Assembly (NCBI GenBank): GCA_002633005.1 | Contig: NMRA01000187.1 | Coordinates: forward strand, 216,191 to 280,190 | Reading direction: 5' to 3' | Source of the DNA: Phoronis australis | Taxonomy: Eukaryota; Animalia; Phoronida | DNA length: 64,000 nt | In this document: piece by piece, positions 14,944-26,400 of the stretch | Layout of the letters: every line of letters starts with the position of its first letter | How positions within the stretch are numbered: the stretch's first letter is position 1 | The notes under the pieces: model-generated | Databases searched by the model: none | What the model saw: the letters and a program-made list of their open reading frames with translations, nothing else | What the model was told of the DNA's origin: nothing | Program-made: the position numbers and the translations under genes

Positions 14944-17900
14944 GTAACACAGTGAACTCTCGAATACGGACCTAGATTATGTAGCGATAGAGGCATTCAT
15001 TTCCCATAATGTAACCGCGGCCTATTTAGTGGACTTTCGTCTCGTTTCCCTCGGGACTTTTTGCCAAAATGGGGGCGGGTGCGCGCATGGTAAACACCGT
15101 AATAGTCCGCTAGGTGGCAGGGCGATTAAAGCATTGGTTCTCAGCCTTTTGTTGTTCAATGTGACCCAAAAATGTTCAATACGTCTTTCCAAATACTAGA
15201 CAATGTCTCAAAATCAATTGCCCGATGTACACGAAACACTGATCATTGACTTTGAAACAAAACGGTTCAAAACACCATGTCACGAAGTTTCGTCACGTTC
15301 ACAACCCACTAGTTCGGATAATTCATTAACTTTGCTGTATATGCACGCCATCATTTAAATTCTTTAACTTTACTTAGCTGTACATGCACGACATGGTTTA
15401 CATTTAACTTTTTCAAAAAGCAGTTTGTGAAAAATTCACACTTTAAAAAGCCAAAATTTCACGCAGGCAATAACACGAATATTATGAAACGTGCCTTAAC
15501 TAGATTTTAGATAGTTTCTGATATCGACTGTTGTCTCGTCACACCTGTTCATTTACGGTTACTATGGTTACTATGTCTTCTGCAGCCTCAATTCAAAAAG
15601 GTAGTTATCTCAAATTAAGAAAATGGAGAATTTGGTAATGCATAATATATACTAAATCGTGCAAGGTACAGAAGATCAAAATACAATTTCGTTAAGCCAA
15701 TAAATAAACTGAGAAGAATTTGTCCAAGGAGTTTTATTTTCTAGTCATATAAAACACAGAAAAACAGCGAATCTGCCGAGTCCAATTGAAAGAAAACAAC
15801 TAATACATGGTACCAGAACAGGAGGAAATGATTTAACCAGTCAGGTGACACCATATTTCCATGAATACACACAGAGGCACACTTAATAATGCACAGATAC
15901 AAATAACATAAGTTCATACCTGACTAACACTTTAAAATCTAAATAATAGTTTCAATTCTAAATAATTAAGTCTCTTTAGCATCAAACACCTTCAGCTACA
16001 TCGCTATGGCAACACAAGCCAATGACGCAATATGTGCACGTGACACCCTCTGACCTTGATGGGTAGTCCCACACACAGACTACAACACCACAGGAGTTTT
16101 AGTTGCTAACAGCAACTTACCTTGTCAGCTGGTGACCTCGAGTTAACCTCTGGCCTCGACCTCTGGACATGGATATCATAGCAAGACAACAGAAATGACA
16201 AGGGCAAAAATAAACAGTTGAAGTAACAGTTCAGCTTCATAAACATCAGATGTCATAGCAACAAGGTACAGTGAAGTTAATGTCATAGCAACAAGGTACA
16301 GTGAAGTTAATGTCATAGCAACATGGTACAGTGAATTTAATGTCATAAAAACAATGTCATCGCATACAATTTAGCTAAATGCAAATAATAAAAACTTTAC
16401 AGTCAAGAAAAAAACAAGATATTCATCAAATTTCAGGGTAACTGTACACACGTGGACATTTTGAGTTAAATAACAGTGAGCATGGAATAAAAAGATGTGA
16501 CACTGGACTACACAGTAGAAGCATAGTAACATACACAGTGAATAGATTCAAAACAATCAGATGACAATTTGAAATGTATGCAATATTAGAGCTAGCTGTA
16601 CACAGTAAAATGACACATAATAACAGGATCAGTGGCAATGTGAATACTCTTAAACTCATGACATACAAATGGCAAGGAACATACGCTGGTCCACTACATT
16701 AGTATTAGGCAACATCAGTTTAAGTCTACAAAAATAGCAATACAATTACCATACAATAACCATACAATGCATGTTTTACATCAGTGTTTTATAAGAGGGT
16801 CATTATATCTGTTCATACAATAACCATACAATGCATGTTTTACAACAGTGTTTTAAGAGGATCATTATATCTGTTCATATCAATGTTTATACATGGCAAT
16901 TCTTATTCAATAATTTCACACAAAAATAACCAACATTTTGTTAAAACCTACATCATGACCAGAAAACTACAGTTTCAAAAAACAATTCCAATATTCAGCA
17001 TATCAATACTTTCACTGACAGGTAACAATACAATCAATACCATTCATGAAGGATTGGAAACGACAAAATAACTAAACGGTGACTTGGAGTTTGTCACCAT
17101 GGCTCGGACGCAGGTGTCGCAAGGTCCTGAAATGTTCTCAATAGAGACGCATGCACACGCAAACACATGACAACTGAACACGAGAGACCGGATCAATAAT
17201 ATCATTCTCAATTACACAACAAAATGTCACATGGCAACGAAACAACTGATAACCAATGTCACATGACAATGAAACAACTGATAACCAATCACTAAGACTA
17301 AGTGTCAAGACTATTTCCCTTTCACAGATACACAAGAACCCTGTTGTACTTGGTAGTCACATAACGTAAGTCTTGGTCGCAGGGCCAGAAACTCGGTTGC
17401 CAAAATAAAAAATTGCCTAAAATTCCCACTGCACCTTGGATGCAAGGCCATAACTCGAGCACGGCAACTCGATTTAGCCGAGACAAACGAGCATCAAACC
17501 TGTGCCACAAGTAGGGCCATATACACTTAGGGACATGTTGCAAAGCAGATATACTCTTATAATTAGTAAGAAAACTAGCATAAATTGAGAACAACAAAGA
17601 CATAGGACTCTTCATACCACAGTAAACAGCAGAGGTGTCGCCCAACATACAGGTCTGATGGCCATTTGTTCCAGTCTGTGTGAAGCAGGATACAAGTACA
17701 TAAACAACAGTACAACAGTAGCCACTACTGGACAACAGTTTGTGGTCAGCATTTAAAAACAAAACACCTCTATCTACACTTAGTGACAAACAATTAAAAT
17801 AGATTACATCATACGCTTAGCCGGAGAACATAAAACCATATTTGTCAAGATGTTAGCAAAGTAAGCAAGTTAATACTGACATTAACCATGATTCACTAGA

Positions 17901-18487
17901 TTGGAACAAATTGCCATTCAAACCAGCCAGGCTCTTGAGAGGACATCAACTGGACACCGTCAATAGGCCTACAGAGAGACAGAACACAATGTTGTTGCAT
18001 CATTATAGTACAGAGTGGTGAGGTTACCACGCCAACACTGGCTTCATACAATTCTACCTTAAATCTTAAACTAGCCTCGTTTACATCCTGATCCTGAAAC
18101 GAATGTTCAGCATGTAACTACGGCAACCAAAAATCGTACAACTAAATACCTAGGCATTAAAATCAAGCACCCAGGCACTAATTAGGTCACCAGGTCACGC
18201 TGAAATCGCAAGGCTTCAACTCAAATAAATCAAGTTACTGGCAGGGAATCTTTCAGTCGAAGCAATCAAAAAGTGTACTCCATAACGCAGAGGTGTTGCC
18301 CTAGGTAACAAGCAACTCTAACTCACCATAGTTGCCATAGCAACAAACAATACTAACTCACAATAGCAACCAGCAACAGTAACTCACCATAGTTATCAAT
18401 CAAAACAAATGATTTCGTACAGGAACATGACCCAGACCAGTACTTTCAACAGATGGCACTGCGTGGTATCAGACATGGCCTACTTAC

Positions 18488-18590
18488 CGTGGACGGTGAC
18501 CTCTTTGGAGACACTGCTACACGTTAATGAATGTGTCCAAAGAATACCCTACTCATCTGGGTTACCGAACAGGGCACTTAACTGGAGATT
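18488..18590 (-). other. Putative non-coding 3'UTR exon of FUBP
   Basis: ctcctggttttag| acceptor and CACG|gtaagta donor, downstream of the post-stop donor at 20255. Confidence 0.5.
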
Positions 18591-18965
18591 CTAAAACCAG
18601 GAGGCAGTTTTTATGCCATTGATCGCAAAAGTAGATTCGATCACAAAAATGCCTTCACTATTTATGCACACAAGTATAATAAAATTAGAATGTGCATGAA
18701 CTCAAAAAAACACCAATTTCATGGCACTGCCCGCAACTGACATAGTACCACTAACCACTTCCCTTTGTCCATTAAATCACCAATCATATGATAGAGGTGA
18801 TTGTAACAAAGTTGTCAAACAACAGCGTTATTGAAAAAAATACGTTACACTGTTGATGAAGCCTGGCATTGGTCACAGATAAAGAAGCAATCATGTCACT
18901 TTCTTTTGAAACGGTCATTCACAAAGACACTAAGAGCATCTTATCATATCAAGTGTGGTTGAGTG

Positions 18966-19196
18966 CAGGGCTTGGAATGACCAGTGACAAAAAGAGGAAA
19001 ATTTTCCAGGTGATGAATCGTTCCACAAATACGCTCGTGTGAAAGAAATATATTTTGCAACGGAAAGATTTTAGCACAAATAAAGTCAAAATAATGATAA
19101 AAAGAAAACAAAAAGAGGTAACTGGCAATCAAATTAAGAGAAAATTGAAACCAGGAACAGAGGAAATCCTCTTAAAGAGGAAAATTCCAACCGCTG
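18966..19196 (+). mobile_element. Related short MITE (CAGGGCTTGGAATGACC...) with apparent 8-bp TSD gttgagtg/gctgagtg
   Basis: Same left terminus, degenerate right TIR, different interior. Confidence 0.65.
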
Positions 19197-19393
19197 GCTG
19201 AGTGCTAAGTGTAACAGGAGTGTGGACACTGACCAGTACTGCACAGACAGAGTATGTAATATAGGAATGTGCAAACTGTTTAACCACAGGACTCAATAGA
19301 TGGCGCCATTACGGACACACATTATTGCATCCTCCTTAAAACTAAACCCAGTAAAGACATGCACATCAAAGGGTTATGGTCAGAGTAGGTAGA

Positions 19394-19580
19394 CTTACCT
19401 GTAGTGACCTCAGTCAGGCAGTGGACATAGTAACTAGCAATACTTACCTGTAATGACATCACAGTCAGGCAGTGGACATAATAACTAGCAATACATACCT
19501 GTAGTGACATCACAGTCAGGCAGTGGCCATAATAACTAGCAATACATACCTGTAGTGACATCACAGTCAGGCAGTGGCCA
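19394..19580. repeat. 51-bp tandem repeat containing 5' splice-site motifs
   Basis: ~3.6 units; each reads YTACAG|gtaagt or gtatgt on the minus strand. Confidence 0.85.
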
Positions 19581-20256
19581 GAGTATCTTACAGCAGTATT
19601 TAACAAACAATAATTTGTCATAAAAGTTTCAAGGCAAAATTATGATGTTGGGCAAAAACAAAAATTAAACAAGCAACTATGTTGAACACACGCGCGGCAT
19701 GAAATAGTTTATGCGGTCATAAAAAACACGTTCCTAGCGACATGAAACTATACACAACTGGAAATGAGGTTATGATAAGTTGAAAACAACAATGGATACT
19801 CGACATGGAATAATATATGATCCCTGAAAGTCAAAAATCAAATATTAAAACACTGGCATGAAACAGTAGTCAAGCCAGCAGATCGTCCATGCACTACTGC
19901 AAGTTTAACAATGTTGATCCCCTTACTCACCTTACCAAGTATCTGTTGACTCTTCCTGTGTTAAACTTAGTCACATGTGAGCATCACTATGGCAATAGTA
20001 TAGGACAAGACACAAGTATGTATCAACAACACACAATACATGTACCTGTCATCGTTGTAAGCAGTAACTGGCAGTAACAGGTGATGGGCGGACCACTGGC
20101 TCATCAGAATAGCCAACTACTTCACCTTTAACTTCAAGTTGTTACCATTGGCAACAGTCACTCCACTTACTATCCATATGTGAGCTAGAATCACTTTACA
20201 CTTAACAGTTTCCTCAGTACACCTGTCCTTATGGCAACACTACTATCAAACATACC

Positions 20257-20492
20257 TTACTGGCCACCATACTGGGCATACGGATACGCCATCTGTTGGG
20301 GTGCTGGCGCTTGTTGTGGCTGTTGAAGGGGCTGCTGCTGCTGCTGGGCTGCTTGTTGCGCCGCCTGTTGGTTACGGTAGTAGTGAAGGATATTTTCTGC
20401 CTGCTGCGGCTCACCTATTGACCGATAGTATTCGGCCCAGGCCTCACTGTAGTCAGGCTGAACTCCGCCACCTGCCTGACCAGGGACGGCTG
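20257..20492 (-). CDS. FUBP: FUBP last coding exon (QPDYSEAWAEYYR...YGGQ*)
   Basis: DUF1897-type DYS.AWAEYYR motif; TAA at 20259-20257. Confidence 0.95.
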
Positions 20493-23400
20493 CTGCAATA
20501 GACAAAGGAACATCAGGTCACATGCTGCGACTGCTGAGTGGTTGAGGGACAAAAACTACCAACCATATGGAGTCAGCCATATTGGATGTCTGTAACAAAA
20601 CAAATGCTAACAGACAACTGGCAAAAATCAACCAATTTTCACATAAAAGTGGCGCAGTAACGGAGCATAATTATCACAGTTTGCGTACAATGCACAACCA
20701 TAGAGATTGGCATAGTGAAGGCATCCTTGTAAACTTTGGAGACGGCGTTTTGGCAAATATAAGCCGATCACATTTATTGGCTAGTAACTAAAGTGTCACA
20801 GTATGCTTACATGCTGGCTGTGCTTGCTGTCCACCGCCGTTTTGTGGCACCGCCGCTTGGCCCCCTGCTCTCTGCTGCGTCTGTTGTTGAGGGTAATAAG
20901 CATGCCAACCAGCGTAGTTGTTGGGATCTTGAGCTTTAGCTGAAGGAGAAACAAGGAATTAGTAAAGCTACACATCCAGTACACAAACCATCTTCAACTT
21001 GTACACATCCAGTACACAAACCATCTTCAACTTGTACACATCCAGTACACAAACCATCTTCAACTTGCACACATCCAGTACACAAACCATCTTCAACTTG
21101 TACACATCCAGTACACAAACCATCTTCAACTTGTACACATCCAGTACACAAACCATCTTCAACTTGTACACATCCAGTACACAAACCATCTTCAACTTGT
21201 ACACATCCAGTACACAAACCATCTTCAACTTGTACACATCCAGTACACAAACCATCTTCAACTTGTACACATCCAGTACACAAACCATCTTCAACTTGTA
21301 CACATCCAGTACACAAACCATCTTCAACTTGTACACATCCAGTACACAAACCATCTTCAACTTGTACACATCCAGTACACAAACCATCTTCAACTTGTAC
21401 ACATCCAGTACACAAACCATCTTCAACTTGTACACATCCAGTACACAAACCATCTTCAACTTGTACACATCCAGTACACAAACCATCTTCAACTTGGACA
21501 TGGTTTGGAGCAAGAGCAAAAGCGATAAACACTTATTAAAAGTACAAATTCCAGGGTTAATGTTAGTAAAATACACAACTTATTACCTAGCTTACTACTC
21601 TGTATGCCCAGTTGTCAACAATTCACCATGTATGCATGATTCCAGCAGCAATGCAGCACACAACACATGAAGATCATGAAGTGCTTCGTTGCATAAGCAG
21701 TATATCAAACAATGATTGACCAGGGTAATCGTCCACTCTTAACACTCTAGTGGTGTCATAACCAGTGAATCCACTAATGAGTGACCAGGGGAATCGTCCA
21801 ATCTTAACGCCCTTTTGGAGTTGATCATTAGTACAAAATTTCTTCTATCTCTCAGCACACGGAAATTAACAAGAGCAATGTGGAGCATTGCAATGCGGCC
21901 ATGACGGCAAGTTGTGCTAGAATACGGCAAAAACACACAAAGTTATGAAAGCTTCGTCGTCTCTATTACAGGAATGTTTGTGTCAAATTTTATGAAAATC
22001 CACCGAGAAGTTCCAAAGATACGTAAGCAGATGTAAATTCTGTCCATCTGTTGTCAGGTTAATAGGAGTAGACTCATGGGGGTAGATATAGCCTCAGATG
22101 CAAAACTCCTGTCACTAGGGGGCACCACAGTTTCAGTTAACCATCAGATAATCCACACCAGTTGTGCTTGTGTCAGTACTAACAACAAAAGGTACCCGCT
22201 CATCCAAAACCTTTACGGCTAACAGATGGCGCTTTTCATCAATCACGTGTCATTTTATGGCTCAAGTAAGACTGTCTGCCAAAGACGCTCTCTACGGTCT
22301 CTGCTGTCTGCCAAGAACCTTGACCTACATTCTGCTGCTGCTGACTGTAACCACAGGTCACGAGAGTTCATGAACCAGACAGTGTATGTCCTGATGAGTG
22401 GCGAATTTGTGTGGAAAAGAAATCTTTGTGTCCGACATTCCATGTTTAAAACCCCATTTGTAACAACNTGACATGACCTTCTCAACAGTGACATGACCTT
22501 CTCAACAGTGACATGACCTTCTCAACAGTGACATGACCTTCTCAACAGTGACATGACCTTCTCAACAGTGACATGACCTTCTCAACAGTGACATGACCTT
22601 CTCAACAGTGACATGACCACTACTGTAAATAATTATCCTTTGGCACATAGTATAGAACACAAGATAATGAAAATGGCCACTAGGTGACGCAAAATGTGTT
22701 GAGTATGCCCTAAAATGGAAAGGCACGCTCGTTGCTTGAATATAAACCTACTTGACAAATTCCACCTCCAAATGCGTGCGTCTTTTTAGCTCGTCCATCC
22801 ACTCCCACACACATTAGTCAAAGTATTTGTCACCACGGTTTACAATCACACGAGACGCCATTGAAAAAATCCACCACGCTATCCCAGATGCCCGGGCAAT
22901 GTTGACAATTTACATTCCTCCGAAACATAAAGAGCAACTTCTGCTTTTCGAGGTGAAAGTGGTTGGCAACGCCGCGCTAAGAAAGAAATTTGCTGCGAAA
23001 TTTTTATATTAAATGCAATTTTTTTTACGCGGAAATATAATAAAATACGCGGACAGAACATTTCAAAAAAGCGGAAATCCGCATAGCCGCGGAAAATTCC
23101 AAGCCTTGAACAGATCAGCACTCAAGTTCTTCCTAACAATTCAACGTGTACTCCACTGGCAAGTGTAATCACTGCTTATATTGTTACAGGCTCAACAGTG
23201 GGAGCATTCAGCCAAGCAGGGTGCAACACAAACCTTGGCATTTGTACTTCAATTAACAAAGATAAAAACAAGCTGCAACTACAAGGTATTATTAAGTGTT
23301 CAGCCTACATATGAAGAGATTAAGTTGCAAGGGAGACAAAACACCTTGATCAAGTATGTGTAACCACTTATACGTGCACACTAAAGTAGTTTCCTTACCG

Positions 23401-26400
23401 TGACCTGTTATGTCTTGAAACATGACTCACTCGCATACTAGAGTCATCCCCTCACCCTGACCAGACATGTCTAAACATGACTCACTCACATACTAGAGTC
23501 ATTCCCTTACCCTGAACAGACATGTCTAAACATGACTCACTCACATACTGAGTCATTCCCTTACCCTGACCAGACATGTCTAAACATGACCCACTTATAT
23601 CACACGCACCTTGCTCATTGCCCATGCCTCCTTGCCATTGTGGGTACATGTTACCCCATCCCTGCGGTGCGCTGGGGTAGCCCTGTTGTGGAGGCTGCTG
23701 GGGCTGTTGTCCATAGCCCCCACCATAGGGACCGGGGACGCCGGGACCACCAGGTCCCCCAGGCCCTCCTGGACCACCCTGTGGTGGTGGATTCTGAAGA
23801 GTGAACCAACAGTATGACTATTAGAGATGACAACACTCTTTACACTATTAGAGATGACAACACTCTTTACACTATTAGAGATGACAACACTCTTTACACT
23901 ACTAGAGATGACAACATTTTTTACACTAGAAAATTTGAAACTACTTTCTGTGCGAATGATTTCCCATATCAAAACAAGCAACAGACAAATGTTAACATTA
24001 CAAAGTTTAAAGTGAAAGGTTCCCACTAATTCCTTCTCTTTGGCCAAATTAGTTTGAGACACAACAAATGGAGATGACGTGAATATCAAGTAGGTTGCAC
24101 ATTGCCAAATTTAAAACAACGCGTTTTTAGTCAAAAAATGATCCGCTGTACATCAGTGAATCCCGTCCAGATGTGTTGTAGCACTACATGTATGAGCATG
24201 CGAGGTACATCATTAGTGCAAAGGTCACCTATCTGCGGATTTTTGTTTTCACATTTACAAGTTGACAATGAATACAACTGCACTTTGCTAAGGATTATGT
24301 TACAAAGGCAGTTTCGTTTAGTTCCTGCTATACATTGAGCAAAGTTAGGAGCATGCAAATACATGTTTAATCCTCAAATCAAACTGCACAACACTATACA
24401 TCCCTCTACACGATGTTTTATTGAATTGTTTTGTTAAAAACCGATACACAAGAAAATTGTTGTAGAAAACCATCAGGGCTTGGAATGACCAATGACAAAA
24501 AAAGCGGAAATTTTGAAACTTTTATGGCCCAAATCATGCCCGATAACCAGCCTTGAAATGGTCAATGTGAACCTTTCCCCGACAAAAATCGGGAGGACTA
24601 AAAAAACAAACAAAAAACGTTACCACCATCAGTAGCATGCGTCTGCGTCCTTTTAGCTCGTCCACTCCCAACCCACACATTTTTGGCTGCAGAGCGGTAG
24701 TATTTGTCGCCGCGCTTAACAATAACACGAGACGCCATTGAAAATCCCACCACGCTATCCCAGATGCCCCGGCAATGTTGACAATTTACGTTCCTCCGAA
24801 ACATAAAGAGCAACTTCCGCTTTCCGAGGTGAACGTCGTCTGCAACGCCGCGGTAAGAAAGGAATTTGCCGCGGAAATTTTATATCAAATCCAATTTTTT
24901 TACGCGGAAATATTATAAAAAAGCGGAAAGCACATTTGAAAAAAGCGGAAAGCACATTTGAAAAAAGCGGAAATCCGCGTTTCCGCGGAAAATTCCAAGC
25001 CCTGAACCATAACGACTAACAAGGGGTGCCACAGTAGTACAAAAACCGAATGTTATGGGAACATCCACCAATAAAACTTTGTACAAAATGTTCTAATGTT
25101 CATTTAGATAAATGACGGACAAAGGTAATGGCAGGATGCACACCTCCTAACCACCCTCTACCCTGTACCCCACCCTCTACCCTGTACCCCACCCTCTACC
25201 CTGTACCTCACTCCCTCCATACATCACCCTTTCTTCCTACCTTTCCTAACTTCTGATAGATAAAGTTGAGAGCATTCCTCCTCTGTTCCCTGTCGCCCCT
25301 GATGATAAACGTCTTCTCCATAGCATTAGGGGGTGGCCCCTTCGACAGCTCAACATGGGCCCCAGTGGCCACTTTGATTTCACGAATTGTCTCCCCACCT
25401 GCAGAGAAATAAACACCCATCACGATCTAGGTGAATATCTGCACCACATCTTTGGATAATGTTTATGAACCAAAAACAAACAAACAATACAGGATCTACA
25501 TATTGCTTCAGTGACATTAAGCCATGATTACACAACAAACTGTTCAGTGACATTAAGTCCTCAGTATGTATGATGTTCCTCCTGACCACATGTGACGTGT
25601 CCTCATCATCTTACCTCTACCAATAACAAGGCCACACTTGTCAGCAGGCACATTATGATGTTCCTCCTGTCCACTGACCCCGCCCCCGCTCATTGGCCCA
25701 CGACCCCCACCAACACCACCACGACCGCCTCTCATCGCACCTCCACCATTCTGGTTACGCATCTAACAACAAAACATGAAATGCAGGGAATTCCAACAAG
25801 TCACAAAACCTCGTATTATCAAGTTGTCCAACAAGTCAATGACAGCTAAGTATTATCACATTTGTTGCCCAAAAATGAAACGTTGATTTTCAGTAATTAC
25901 GGAAACCAATGGGATTTATGGAATCTGACTTCACCCATCTAATTAGAGAATTTGAATGGAATTTTCATATTTCACCAGAAGTGGCCATAATTCTAATACT
26001 TTTGACTAATTATTATTATGAACAATAATAAAACCCATCTTATTCAACACATCGATTTGCAGCAGACATGTTCAAGTAGTTGTTAACACTTCCTGAAGGT
26101 GGCACTGCTATTTCTGGTTTTGACAAACGATAAGATAGCGTGCAGCAAGTTACTGGTAAAACAGCACCATAAATGCATACATCAGTTGTGTCGTTTTATC
26201 ACTTTCAAACAGTAAAATGTAATATGCCAATTTAAAACGTGGAAAATTACATCTGCTAAAACTGGCCTCCTGTTCAGTAACACTAGGACCTCGCTAAAAA
26301 GCAAGACTCCATGAGATTACGCGAGATATTGTCGTGTAGAGAACACATGACCTTGGCTAGATTTTAGCTAGGCCAGAGCGTAGGTCTAGCGTTACTAAAT

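Noticed and set aside
20936-21670. Long repetitive ORFs (198-223 aa) or a CRISPR-like array
   Set aside because: Artefact of a 33-bp intronic minisatellite; there are no unique spacers
22391-22420. Hammerhead-like CUGAUGA core
   Set aside because: No stem II followed by GAAA, and no stem I/III pairing
23595-24089. 164-aa ORF in the ORF track
   Set aside because: Wrong-frame read-through of a minisatellite plus FUBP exon 12
25545-25612. C/D-like AUGAUGA...CUGA in intron 10
   Set aside because: The C box lies 5 nt from the 5' splice site, there is no terminal stem and no recognisable guide, and it partly duplicates exon sequence
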